Part shown: positions 49,066 to 59,165 of the stretch, piece after piece
Position numbering within the stretch: the stretch's first letter is position 1
Layout of the letters: each line of letters opens with the position of its first letter
DNA from: an uncultured Candidatus Saccharibacteria bacterium
GTDB taxonomy: Bacteria > Patescibacteriota > WWE3 > CAZQFB01
NCBI GenBank assembly: GCA_964592525.1
Contig: CAZQFB010000001.1
Span: forward strand, 1,212 to 65,211
Length of the DNA: 64,000 nt
Direction of reading: 5' to 3'
Notes under the pieces: model-generated
The model's input: only the letters and a program-made list of their open reading frames with translations
What the model was told of the DNA's origin: nothing
Database searches by the model: none
Position numbers and translations under genes: made by a program

Positions 49066-49099
49066 TTAGCAATATATTAGTAAGAGTGACAGTTGTCAA
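49066..49099 (-). promoter_or_regulatory. hsp20 promoter overlapped by a degenerate CIRCE-like operator
   Basis: Minus strand TTGACA(49099)-N17-TATATT; plus strand TTAGCAata-N9-GAGTGacAg matches 13 of 18 CIRCE positions. Confidence 0.55.
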
Positions 49100-49204
49100 G
49101 GGTGTTAAGGAAGTTAATACCGAAAAGAATTTTACATTTTATTATGGTTGATTTATTCTAGGAACAAAGCAATAGGTTACTACCAACTAAAGGGGTGGGT
49201 CGAG

Positions 49205-50347
49205 ATGCGTTCTTTAACAATCGAGCAAGAACTCAAGTTGTACCTGCTAGCGTGTGGGGTCAAAATTGACCCTAAAGCAGAGAAAGAATGGCTTAGAAGA
49301 TATGGCGGTCCCTTGAGTTTGAGTGAGTATGCTTCCACCAGCGGTATTTGTCTACTAATGGCTTCGGGTGATTACATCAACGCTCCTTTTATTGAGTTCT
49401 TCACACAGGCTACCAAAGCCCTTCTTTCCTATGAGGAAGAGTTCTTTATTCTCATGGGTGCTGTGCGTTTTCCTGTCACTGTTATTCCTGTTCCTGGGTA
49501 CCACCAACAAACTTATGCGGATGGGGGTAGGGTTTATTCCTACACTAACTTAGGAGTTACTCATACTGATCGTTGTAGGGTATCTCCAGTTGAGGGATGC
49601 TCTTGGGTTTGTACCTTTTGTGATATGCCTTACAACTATAGATACAGATTGAAGCCAGAAAGAGAATTGTTAAGGGTTATTGAATTGGCTAAGGACGATC
49701 CTTTTTCACCTGCAAGACATGTTCTTGTGAGTGGGGGTACCCCCAAACCAGAAGATTATAAATGGTGGGATTCTGTGGTTGAATATCTCGCACAGAATTC
49801 ACCCCTACCAGTAGATGTGATGATGGCTGCTCGAACGGATATGGGAGAACCGCGTTGGTTGCGTTCTGTGGGTGTGAACATGCTTTCAGTAAACTTGGAA
49901 GTATGGGATACTGCACGGAGCTTAAAGATCACTCATAATAAGGCGCGAATATTAGGTAGAAGGTGCTACCTTGATTTTATTGAAAGAGCGGTAGAGTCTT
50001 TCGGTGTTGGTTTTGTCCAATCTCTTTTGGTTTTTGGTGAGGCTGTGGAGCCCATAGAAAGTACTCTAGAGGGTGTTAGGGCTTTAGTAGACAGAGGATG
50101 TATTCCCGTGCTTAGCCCATTCAGACCTAACCAGTCTACACCGATGGGTAAGGAATCTCCTGCCAGTATAGAGGAGATGAAAGAGGTATACATAGAGGCT
50201 ACTCAATTGTGTGAAAAGAGCGGATTAGGTATTAGACCTGGACCTCGTTGTATCCCCTGCCAACATAATGTAGTTGCTTTTTGCGAAGACTTGGGTTTTT
50301 ACGTTCCTATGGAGGAGAGCCTAACCGACAGAGAATGGCAGCATTGA
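49205..50347 (+). CDS. Radical SAM enzyme of unknown specificity
   Basis: CSWVCTFC (CxxxCxxC), SGGT, SVNLE, PVLSPFRP..STP, C-terminal CIPC; start placed at ATG 49205. Confidence 0.88.
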   Translation: MRSLTIEQELKLYLLACGVKIDPKAEKEWLRRYGGPLSLSEYASTSGICLLMASGDYINAPFIEFFTQATKALLSYEEEFFILMGAVRFPVTVIPVPGYHQQTYADGGRVYSYTNLGVTHTDRCRVSPVEGCSWVCTFCDMPYNYRYRLKPERELLRVIELAKDDPFSPARHVLVSGGTPKPEDYKWWDSVVEYLAQNSPLPVDVMMAARTDMGEPRWLRSVGVNMLSVNLEVWDTARSLKITHNKARILGRRCYLDFIERAVESFGVGFVQSLLVFGEAVEPIESTLEGVRALVDRGCIPVLSPFRPNQSTPMGKESPASIEEMKEVYIEATQLCEKSGLGIRPGPRCIPCQHNVVAFCEDLGFYVPMEESLTDREWQH

Positions 50348-51282
50348 AAACAAGCAAGATTATCAGTATTAACGATATAAATAGAGTTGAGATAGAGCAA
50401 CTCATTGATCGTGCAAATCAATTGCGGGAGGAGCGCTTCAGGCGCTACCTCCCGCCTTTCATTATGGGTTTGTTTTTCTTTCAGGAGTCTACTCGTACGC
50501 AAATTGGTTTTCAGGCAGCTGCTTATAGATTGGGGGGTCAAGTTTTTACATTTAAAAACACGAAATATCAATCAAACATGTCGTCAGCCGAAAGTCTTGC
50601 GGATTCTATCAAGGTATTAGAATCATATGCAGATGTGCTCTGCATAAGGCATTTTGATGACAGTATATTTTCTGATCTGTTTAGATCGATTAGTAAGCCT
50701 GTTGTAAACTGTGGTAATGGTTTTGATGAGCATCCTACCCAAACCCTGACCGATCTATACATGATTAAGGATACACTAGGCAATATAGATAATCTGACTA
50801 TTGCTCTTGTTGGAGATCTTCGGCATATGCGCACTTCTCATTCCTTGTTGCTTGGTCTATCGAAATTTAATCGGATTTCGGTGATATGTGTGTCTCCTAA
50901 AGAGCTTAGAATGCCTGATCGCTATAAAAATGTGTACGGAAAAACACCAAATAATCTCAAGGAGATAAATGACTTGAATCTTCAGGGTGTTGATGTAGTG
51001 TATATGGCAGGATTTGCCCCCAAGACACCTATAGGAGACTATGATGCTGATATTAGAGAAAAATATAGTTTAAGAGGAAAGTCTTTTTTATCACTAGTTA
51101 AACCCCCAATTATTATGTGTCCTCTTCCTCGTGTAGATGAAATTGATCCCACCTTAGACCAAACACCTTATTCAAAATATTTTAAGCAGAGTGCGTTGGG
51201 CTTATACACCAGAATGGCTTTACTTGAATTTATTTTAGCTCCAAAAGGAGAGAATATTTACAATGTTGGGGGGTTGAATTGA
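50335..51282 (+). CDS. Aspartate/ornithine carbamoyltransferase family protein (divergent, PyrB-like)
   Basis: FFQESTRT, ESLAD, IRH, NCGNG..EHPTQTL.D, GDL...RT.HSL, CPLPR. Confidence 0.88.
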   Translation: MAALKTSKIISINDINRVEIEQLIDRANQLREERFRRYLPPFIMGLFFFQESTRTQIGFQAAAYRLGGQVFTFKNTKYQSNMSSAESLADSIKVLESYADVLCIRHFDDSIFSDLFRSISKPVVNCGNGFDEHPTQTLTDLYMIKDTLGNIDNLTIALVGDLRHMRTSHSLLLGLSKFNRISVICVSPKELRMPDRYKNVYGKTPNNLKEINDLNLQGVDVVYMAGFAPKTPIGDYDADIREKYSLRGKSFLSLVKPPIIMCPLPRVDEIDPTLDQTPYSKYFKQSALGLYTRMALLEFILAPKGENIYNVGGLN

Positions 51283-52119
51283 ACTATTTATTACAGACAA
51301 GTCTGCTTATACCGGTGGAAGCAGGTTCTTGTTAGAAAATTAATAACACTAAGAGTCCCGTTTCAATATTAGAAGAGTGGCTTTTTGATGTTAGATTATT
51401 ATCTAAAATTGTTCTGGGAAAAGTTGTGAGGGGACTATCGGGAGATATTTATTATAAGGTGCTTTAGTCCTTAGTCTGTGGTGCAATGGGTAATAAAGCA
51501 TTGCTGTGAACATTGAATTTGAGCAAAAGGGGAAATAATATTTAGTTTAGAAGTAGTTTTGTATAACTACGAGTTATTAGGTGTTAGCTTTTGTATAGAA
51601 TAAATTTATTAGATTAACCTTTTAACATATCTAAGATCTGCCACCTTGGGGATGGGTACATTTTCAGTCTCGATTGGTGATTATATATTGTTTCAGGTGG
51701 TGGGTATCAAAATGTCCGCGGTGTTAAAAATATCTAATAAAAAAACAGCGTATTAAGTATGTTTACAGAAGTTTTCATCAGAGGGTCTTTTTTACTGTGG
51801 TTAGATTATAGAAATCGGGATCATAAGGTTTCTGATAATCTTTAACCCATCTCCTTAGCTGGTAATTTGTGTCTCGGGATGCTTTAGATTGTTGGATATA
51901 TGCCTTTGGATTTAAGCCGCATCAGCCCGAACCTCTCTATCGAGTATTATTGAAAGTGATCGTGATTAGAATAAATAATTAAACTACAGTCGCGTAATTT
52001 ACACGAGCTGACCATATAAAATCAAAAGTAGAATAAATATCTATAAATTTAGAGTAATTTCAAGAAAGTCTAGTCGCGAAGAGTAGTTAAAGAATCTTAT
52101 TTTTTCCAAGAAGCATTAA

Positions 52120-53454
52120 TCAACTCAAAATACTTGATGAAATATTATCTGCTTCTACTAAGACTTTTCTATTCAAATCCTCTTGCGCACTCCCTACTTC
52201 CACCACAGCCCCAATATATCCGTCAATGAATATTGAGCCTTTTGTTGGGTATGTTGATAGATATTTACCTTTTCCAGGATTAAATATCTTTTGCACATTT
52301 CCTTTAGCTAATTCCTTAATTATTATTTGACCAGGTTCGTAAGGTTTTATTTTTACGTGTGCCCAGGAAGAAGGATATTGGATTTTTGCATAATCTAGGT
52401 CTTGTTCTATTTTATTATCAGTAACGCATGCGAGTTCTATATCCGTCAGGTTAACTCCTAAAGCGCTTAATGCTAGAGCATTACATTCATAACCTCCTTG
52501 TCGACGTGGGTTTAAATCCACTATTACTAACCTCCCCTTTTTATCTATCAAAAAATCACAACCAAAAAGACCCCTGTAACCCATCTTAGATAGGTAGTTA
52601 CCGATTTTATTAGTTATTTCCAAGATCTGGTTGTGATGATTGTTAGAAATTTTTGTAGGATAATAATTTCCAAGGTATTTGTTGCCTCTCATAATCTGAT
52701 CCGAAACTACTAATGGATATGTTTTATTCAATCCTGTTACCACTGCATTAACATTAGGCATTGCTCTAACATGGTTCATAATTGTAGCTACAACAAAACC
52801 TTTTTCTTGATTAACATTTCTCAATTTGGATAAGAAAGTGTTTAGCATCTCCTTGCTATATATTAAACCACTTTCTGCTCCTCCAGAGGTATAGGATGCC
52901 GTTATATAACCCGGATACACGTTATTTTTAGATAGTAATTCATTGGAGTCTTTATATATTTTCGCTTTGTTGAATGGGAGTTTTAATTTTCGAAACAACT
53001 TATAATGTTCGATTTTATTATCAAGAAAGGTAGCGATTTTATTGTTAGGACCTAACGTTAACCAGTAAGGTTCTTTCAGGTCTAAGAAAGAGGTGGTAAA
53101 AGGATAGACAGGAATAATACCTTGCTTTTTACTTAATTTTGATGCTATTTCATTAATAATTGGTTCGTGTAAAAATTCCTTATTGAGGTCTTCGTATTCC
53201 TGCACATACACAACAGGATTTTTCAATGACCTTTCAACCTCACTTGCTCCGCGGTTAATTACAATGTAGCTATCTGAAGAAAACCACTTGTTTGGAGTAA
53301 ACGAATATATATTTATAGGTTTAAATGGGACATTATAGAGAGAGGAAAGAGACGTAGCCATCATTTCATTCATAGCATCAAATCTTGGTCCCAATAATGA
53401 AAAGAAATAATGGTACTTATTTGTGAATAAATCTTTATCTAATTTCATTAACAT
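52120..53454 (-). CDS. ATP-grasp domain protein
   Basis: LDNK, SGGAESG, DQI....YLGN, GYRGLFGCDFL, VDLNPRRQGG. Confidence 0.8.
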   Translation of the reverse strand: MLMKLDKDLFTNKYHYFFSLLGPRFDAMNEMMATSLSSLYNVPFKPINIYSFTPNKWFSSDSYIVINRGASEVERSLKNPVVYVQEYEDLNKEFLHEPIINEIASKLSKKQGIIPVYPFTTSFLDLKEPYWLTLGPNNKIATFLDNKIEHYKLFRKLKLPFNKAKIYKDSNELLSKNNVYPGYITASYTSGGAESGLIYSKEMLNTFLSKLRNVNQEKGFVVATIMNHVRAMPNVNAVVTGLNKTYPLVVSDQIMRGNKYLGNYYPTKISNNHHNQILEITNKIGNYLSKMGYRGLFGCDFLIDKKGRLVIVDLNPRRQGGYECNALALSALGVNLTDIELACVTDNKIEQDLDYAKIQYPSSWAHVKIKPYEPGQIIIKELAKGNVQKIFNPGKGKYLSTYPTKGSIFIDGYIGAVVEVGSAQEDLNRKVLVEADNISSSILS

Positions 53455-53567
53455 ACCACTACGTACCTTAATACCTTCCTGGCGTCAGTCAGTTTTTATA
53501 CCCTAAAGATTATCATAACTGTAATATTACCAGCAGGCGAATTCCGTAAGGGGGTATATTATTGATG

Positions 53568-53639
53568 AGGCGCGGACGGGAATTGAACCCGTGAAAAACG
53601 GTTTTGCAGACCGTTGCATTACCATTCTGCCACCGCGCC
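53568..53639 (-). tRNA. tRNA-Cys(GCA), CCA not encoded
   Basis: Minus strand GGCGCGG TGGCAGAATGGTAATGCA ACGGT CTGCAAA ACCGT TTTT CACGGG TTCAATT CCCGT CCGCGCC T. Confidence 0.95.
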
Positions 53640-53845
53640 CCGCTCCTTCTTTATTATTTTGATGTTTTGTTATCTGTAATACCCCTCTACTTATAGTTGA
53701 GCATTTACCCTGCTCGTGCTAGAAAGAGCGGGGTAATCTCCTTAAATACCGGTTCGGGTTTTGTATACACATCACCAGTCCATAAAACATCAAAAAACCG
53801 CGAGATCAGTGGTTATACTAGCAGAAATGTGGTAGTTTTTAAACC

Positions 53846-54961
53846 ATGCGTAGAATAATTTTTGTTTTGCTTAGCCTAGTGCTTCTGCTTTCAGGAGCAT
53901 ATCTTATCTATAACAACCTTTATGTTAAGAAAAATCAGAAAGATTACGCTTCTTTATCAGTTAACACCCCGTATGCTGATGCTGGTGTCTTTTTTGGTGA
54001 AGAGTATTTAGGTCCAACGCCCTTTTATAGAGATGATTTGGCTGCTGGTAATGTTGAGTTAAGAGTAGGTGATTGGGCGGGCACCATCAATTTGCCACCA
54101 AACACATTAACTGTGGTCAATCAAGATTTGGGTCCCGCTTTATATACAGGTGGAGATATTATTTGGCCTGAAAAGACACCCGGAGAGATCTCGGTGGCTT
54201 TTATTTCCGAACCAGATGGTGCTTTTGTCAAAATAGATGGGGAAGATAAAGGCGAAACACCCTTGAGGGTGTCTGATATTTCACTTGGGGAGCATAAGGT
54301 TGAAATTACTAAAAAAGGGTATGTGGACAGGGAAGTCCGCATTCGTTTACAAGAGGATTGTAAACTTAATGTTAGTTCTAACCTAATGAAGAGCCCTCTT
54401 CCGGAGGAGATTAAGTTAATGGAAACAGCCGTAGAAAACCTGACTTGGTATGATTTTAGAACCGAAGAGCAAAGATTATACGGTGCCATGGAAGAATGGT
54501 TAAAGGGTTTAGCCTTCTTTTTCAAAAGTTACGGTTTTAATTCTGAACATAAACCCGATTATTTTGTGTCTACTTCTGGAAATGTTTATTCTCTTACAGG
54601 TGAGCTGCTATCTTTAGAAAACTATGCTGGTAAGCATACCTTACCATTAGTAATCGGGTATTTGGGTGAAAGTGGGCAAGAGGAGATAAGCCCAGAAGCG
54701 CTGACAGCCGTTACGGCAATGTTAAGCAAAGAAGGTAGCACCCCACCCGTTGTAGCTATTTCTAGTAAGGTTAAAATTTTACCAACTGGCATGGGTTGGC
54801 TTCGGGTTAGAAGTGGTCCTGGTTTAGGTTATGAGGAGGTTCAAAAGGTTAATGAAGGAGAAGAATATTCTCTTTTAGAAGAACAATCTGGTTGGGTTAA
54901 GATCAAAGTAGCTGAAGATGTTGAAGGCTGGGTCTCAAGTCAATTTACCGAAAAAATATAG
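53846..54961 (+). CDS. PEGA-domain protein with a C-terminal bacterial SH3 domain
   Basis: SEPDGA.V.IDG..KG.TPL.......G.H.V.I.K.GY; GWLRVRSGPG...GWVKI...GWVS. Confidence 0.85.
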   Translation: MRRIIFVLLSLVLLLSGAYLIYNNLYVKKNQKDYASLSVNTPYADAGVFFGEEYLGPTPFYRDDLAAGNVELRVGDWAGTINLPPNTLTVVNQDLGPALYTGGDIIWPEKTPGEISVAFISEPDGAFVKIDGEDKGETPLRVSDISLGEHKVEITKKGYVDREVRIRLQEDCKLNVSSNLMKSPLPEEIKLMETAVENLTWYDFRTEEQRLYGAMEEWLKGLAFFFKSYGFNSEHKPDYFVSTSGNVYSLTGELLSLENYAGKHTLPLVIGYLGESGQEEISPEALTAVTAMLSKEGSTPPVVAISSKVKILPTGMGWLRVRSGPGLGYEEVQKVNEGEEYSLLEEQSGWVKIKVAEDVEGWVSSQFTEKI

Positions 54962-54992
54962 AAACCATACCCTACTAAAAATAAATATTAAT

Positions 54993-56789
54993 TCAATTAC
55001 CACCTGAATTAGTAATTAAATACCTGATTTTGGACGCTTCTGGGTGATCCGGTTTGAGGTTTAGTACTGTCTGCCAGGCATTTATTGCTTCGTTGGTTCT
55101 ACCTATTTGGTTTAAAAAATTAGCTTTAAGTAGCCACAAACTGCTATCTGTGGGGATTAAAGTGAGTGCTTGCTCTATAAGAGCAAGGTTGGCTGTTTCA
55201 TAACTGGGCTCTAGCTGGCTCAAGTTACCTAAAGTGATAATCGCAGTACGGTATGTTTTTGAATTTTGCGGGGCTTTATTTAAGGCCTGATAAACATTGT
55301 ATGCAGCTTCTTGGGTCTTTTGTTGTTTTGCCTTAGGGTTTTCTAAATTAGCAGCGACGAGGCTTTGTGTAAAAGCTAAATCCCGATAATAATCAGGTAC
55401 TAGTTGTATTAAGTGAATGGCTTTTTTCATTTTGTACTCGGCTAAATAGGCTTGATTTTGGTTGAGTAAGGAGCGCCCTTGTTGGTAATAAATATCAGCC
55501 ACAAAGAATCTAGCGATAAGGCTTAGACCGCTTAAGCAGATAAGTAAGGGGCCAAACAGTTTTATTCTAGATAACTTTGAGACCAAATCTAGTATTGGTT
55601 GCTTTTCAACTAAACTATAACTTAATAAGGGCAGGGAGAAAAATAGTAGTTGGTTATAGCTGACCCAAAAACCAAAAAAAGAGGTTATTAGCAGTGTGGA
55701 CCATCCCGCAAAAATACCTGTTAGTAAAGAAGCTGTGGGTTGGCTTGTTTCTTTGTGTTTAATAAACCATTTGCAATAATAAACGATGAATAAAGCATAA
55801 GCTGTTAGACCTAAGATTCCTGTGTTGATCAAGATATCCAAGAATTGGTTGTGGGCGCGACTAAAGAGAAGATCCCATTCAGGGGTGTTATTAAGGGCAA
55901 GTGGTCGTTGTGGAAGGAAAGCATAGACAAAATGGTCTGGTCCATACCCAATTATTTTTTGTAGTGGTGAGGCTTGAAGATAAGTGTGATAAGCACCTTT
56001 CCAGAGTAATATTCTAATTTGCGCGGTAGTTGTTGTTCTTTCCAGTAGAGAGTGTTGAAAATGAAAGGTGCCTGCCAAGAGAGCGAGCATGATTATGAGC
56101 ACTAGCCTTTTATTTTTCTGTCTGCCTAAGAAAAAATTAAGGAGTATGCCACAGGCTAAACCAAAAATTCCTGTTACTGACTTAGTTAATAGGATTACGA
56201 TGGCACAAGCCAGTGCTATTAAAGTAAGACCTTGGCGATAGTACTGATTACTTACTACTTCACGGTAACCAATTATGACCGGGGTTATCGTGGCTAAGTA
56301 GGCTGCCAGCCAATTAGGTTGACCCAGGGTTGAAAATACTCTCTCTTTAACTGGTAGTGTCCAAAGATGTGGGTCAAGACCGCTAAATTGAAATAAAGCA
56401 TACACACAAGATATAAGGGCAGCGATAAAAATAGCCCCTAATAGTGCATATATTTGTTTTTGCTTTAGGAATATGAGTGAATTAGCTATGATTATTACGG
56501 CTATTAATGGTAGTAGTCCACCAAAGAATCTAGGGTAATAGCCAAAAAAAGCAGTGCTTTTATTTGGGGCACCTAGGGCTGAAAAGAAAGTGACTATTAC
56601 AATGATGAGTAGGCAGAAGAAAAATGGATTTTTAATTTTCGGAAGTTGGTACAAAGGTAACAGGGCAATAATCATCAAGGCAGAGCAGTATAAAAATAAC
56701 AATTTTGGTAATTCAAATACTTCGGAACTAGCCGGGGATAACAGTAGCGGGGTGAGGCTGAAGGCGGTGATAATAATGGTAAACCACAC
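54993..56789 (-). CDS. O-antigen ligase-like membrane protein with C-terminal TPR repeats
   Basis: STLGQPNWLAAYL, TKS, R...W, G.GPD.F, RAHNQFLD....G..G. Confidence 0.85.
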   Translation of the reverse strand: MWFTIIITAFSLTPLLLSPASSEVFELPKLLFLYCSALMIIALLPLYQLPKIKNPFFFCLLIIVIVTFFSALGAPNKSTAFFGYYPRFFGGLLPLIAVIIIANSLIFLKQKQIYALLGAIFIAALISCVYALFQFSGLDPHLWTLPVKERVFSTLGQPNWLAAYLATITPVIIGYREVVSNQYYRQGLTLIALACAIVILLTKSVTGIFGLACGILLNFFLGRQKNKRLVLIIMLALLAGTFHFQHSLLERTTTTAQIRILLWKGAYHTYLQASPLQKIIGYGPDHFVYAFLPQRPLALNNTPEWDLLFSRAHNQFLDILINTGILGLTAYALFIVYYCKWFIKHKETSQPTASLLTGIFAGWSTLLITSFFGFWVSYNQLLFFSLPLLSYSLVEKQPILDLVSKLSRIKLFGPLLICLSGLSLIARFFVADIYYQQGRSLLNQNQAYLAEYKMKKAIHLIQLVPDYYRDLAFTQSLVAANLENPKAKQQKTQEAAYNVYQALNKAPQNSKTYRTAIITLGNLSQLEPSYETANLALIEQALTLIPTDSSLWLLKANFLNQIGRTNEAINAWQTVLNLKPDHPEASKIRYLITNSGGN

Positions 56790-56793
56790 TTAG

Positions 56794-57720
56794 TTAACCT
56801 CCTAATCCGTATAGGATTGTGATCGTAGCCATAAACCAGAGTAAAATGGTAGTCAGTAATGGTTGGTCAGAAACCATTACTCGGGCTGGGCTTTCTCCTT
56901 CTTTTTTTTCGTAAATTACATATAGGTATCTGGCAACCCCATAAAGAACTAATGGTATCGTTAGCATCATCCATTTAGGTTTTAGTAGGGTGGTGGGTAA
57001 AAAACCAGAAAAAGTTAAAAATGATTCAGTAGGTGAGATTTGAAAAGTGAATAAAACATAAGACAAAATAGTCATTGACGCGGAAACCGAAATCATTACG
57101 TCTAATAGTGCGTTAGGATAATGTTCAAGAGTTTGTCTGGTTTGAGTTTTTAATTTGTGTTTATGCAGCAGTGTACTTTCGCATCTTCTTTTTCCAAAAG
57201 CCAGTAGTAGGGCCAAACCAATAGTGGCAACTATTAACCATGAGGAAATAGGAGCATCGACAATCACCGCTCCGGCATAAACTCGAAAAATGAACCCAAT
57301 GGCTACTGCTAAGGCATCTAGAATAATGACTTGTCTTAGCACCAGGGAATATGCAAATTGCAAGCTGATATAAGCTAGGCTAAGTAAGAAAAAAAATTTA
57401 TCAAGGTACAAGGCTGTGGGTAATAAAATGGTAATGAGTAAAAACGCCGTTATTAAAGCAGCATCAGTACTTAAATCCCCAGCGGGAATCGGCCTTTTTC
57501 TTTTTAAGGGGTGTTCTTTATCTTTGGGGGCATCAATAGAATCATTGATTAGGTAAGTAGCCGAGGATAATCCGCAGAATACTAAAAAAGCCTTACTTAC
57601 CGTGAGTAATATTTTTTGATCAAAAAAAGACCCTGCAAATATTATGGCAGCAAAAAGGCTTAAATTTTTTAGCCACTGTATCGGTCTGGTGGTTATTAAG
57701 ATTGCTTTTAAGGTGTTCAT
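56794..57720 (-). CDS. UbiA-family decaprenyl-phosphate phosphoribosyltransferase-like protein
   Basis: RP.QW.KN, YLIND..D...D..HP.KR.RP...G, KRRCE. Confidence 0.88.
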   Translation of the reverse strand: MNTLKAILITTRPIQWLKNLSLFAAIIFAGSFFDQKILLTVSKAFLVFCGLSSATYLINDSIDAPKDKEHPLKRKRPIPAGDLSTDAALITAFLLITILLPTALYLDKFFFLLSLAYISLQFAYSLVLRQVIILDALAVAIGFIFRVYAGAVIVDAPISSWLIVATIGLALLLAFGKRRCESTLLHKHKLKTQTRQTLEHYPNALLDVMISVSASMTILSYVLFTFQISPTESFLTFSGFLPTTLLKPKWMMLTIPLVLYGVARYLYVIYEKKEGESPARVMVSDQPLLTTILLWFMATITILYGLGG

Positions 57721-59165
57721 GTTGATAAGGGCGATTTTTTTAATTGTCCTTTTAAAATTACCAGTAGAAAAGCCAAAATACCAACGGCAGCAATAATGGA
57801 TAGCAATTTATACTTACCCGAAGCGTAGAGGGCTAAAATACCAAAAATAGCTGTGGTACTAATATAAAATAAAGCTACTCTTTGGTGTGACCAGCCTAGC
57901 TTTAATAGGCGATGGTGTAAATGATTTTTGTCTCCCCAGACGGGTGATTTTTTTTGTTTTATTCTTCGCAAGATGGTAAAGACAGCGTCAAAGGTAGGTA
58001 CAATCAGCACTAGTAAAGCTGTAGCAACCTTGGCCCCCGAAAGCACAGCGATGCTGGCTAATACCAGCCCAACCATGGTGTTACCAAAACCGTAAAATAT
58101 TTTGGCGGGATGCCAATTGAAGGGCAGTGTGCCTAGTACTCCTCCGGCAATAATGGCAGCTAAAATAACCAGCTCAAGTTGGTTGGGGTCGTAAGGAACA
58201 AGTCTTAGGGATAGCAGACCGATAATGATTGCCGCTATAGATACAATGCCTGGAAACTGACCATCCACACCATTAGACCAATTGATCATATTCATTACCC
58301 AAATTATCCATAGCCAGGCAAAAAGATCAGCCCATAAGGTGATTGAAAACAAACCACCTATTGAGAAAGTGTACTGGTTTAACCAGACTAATCCCCCGAA
58401 AGGGTTAGTTAGATACATAACGGCAGCTCCGCTTCCGACAACTATTAAGGCAGCTAGTACTTGTGTGAACAATCTAAGGTAAGGATTAAGATCATACTTA
58501 TCGTCTAATAGCCCGATGATTACAGTGATTGTGGCGCCAATATAAATTCCGATAATTTTAGTACTTAAGTTTAAAAAAACCAACCCGACGAGTAAGAGAG
58601 CAAGATAAATGGATACTGCTCCGGCTCGTGGGATGGGTTTGGTATGTAAAATGGCTGGATGCGTGAATTTCCTGATCTCTGGATCATCAATTATTTTCCA
58701 TTTTGTGGCTAAATTTATCACTAAAGGGGTTGCTAAAAAACCCACCACATATGCCAGAGTAAAAGCTAACAGAGTTTTAAGAATGTAGCCCGGAATAATA
58801 ATTTGAGAAGGAGTGCTAGTCAGGATTATTCTCACAATTGCTAACTGGATAAAAACCTCCGTACCTAAGGAAAAAATAGCACTGGCAACAGCTAGTAACT
58901 CTTCTTGTCTAACTAAAAATTTTTCCACCAGAACTAAATTAAGAATTAATATTAGCAAGCTAATGATAGGTAGTAGAAATAAATTGAGTGGCGTGTCTAG
59001 GCGATCACTTAAAAAGAATTGAGCGTACCAGATTGGTATTTTGGGGGTCAGTAACTTGAAATTGGTTAATAAAAAATAAGTACCTAAACCTATTACTTCT
59101 AGGGATAAAAGAGTAATAAGTAAAGTGGGGGGATGTTTTAGAAAAGCAATCTTGTTATCGGTCAT
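57717..59165 (-). CDS. MraY/WecA-family undecaprenyl-phosphate sugar-1-phosphate transferase with an N-terminal membrane extension
   Basis: H.KPIPR.G, GLLDD, N.IN...GVDG, FNWHPAKIF.G, D..HLHHRLL..G. Confidence 0.88.
   Translation of the reverse strand: MTDNKIAFLKHPPTLLITLLSLEVIGLGTYFLLTNFKLLTPKIPIWYAQFFLSDRLDTPLNLFLLPIISLLILILNLVLVEKFLVRQEELLAVASAIFSLGTEVFIQLAIVRIILTSTPSQIIIPGYILKTLLAFTLAYVVGFLATPLVINLATKWKIIDDPEIRKFTHPAILHTKPIPRAGAVSIYLALLLVGLVFLNLSTKIIGIYIGATITVIIGLLDDKYDLNPYLRLFTQVLAALIVVGSGAAVMYLTNPFGGLVWLNQYTFSIGGLFSITLWADLFAWLWIIWVMNMINWSNGVDGQFPGIVSIAAIIIGLLSLRLVPYDPNQLELVILAAIIAGGVLGTLPFNWHPAKIFYGFGNTMVGLVLASIAVLSGAKVATALLVLIVPTFDAVFTILRRIKQKKSPVWGDKNHLHHRLLKLGWSHQRVALFYISTTAIFGILALYASGKYKLLSIIAAVGILAFLLVILKGQLKKSPLST

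Noticed and set aside
46200-53640. att-type direct repeat of the tRNA-Cys 3' end bounding the island
   Set aside because: No second copy of gaggcgcggacggg was seen and there is no integrase, so it is not called a mobile element
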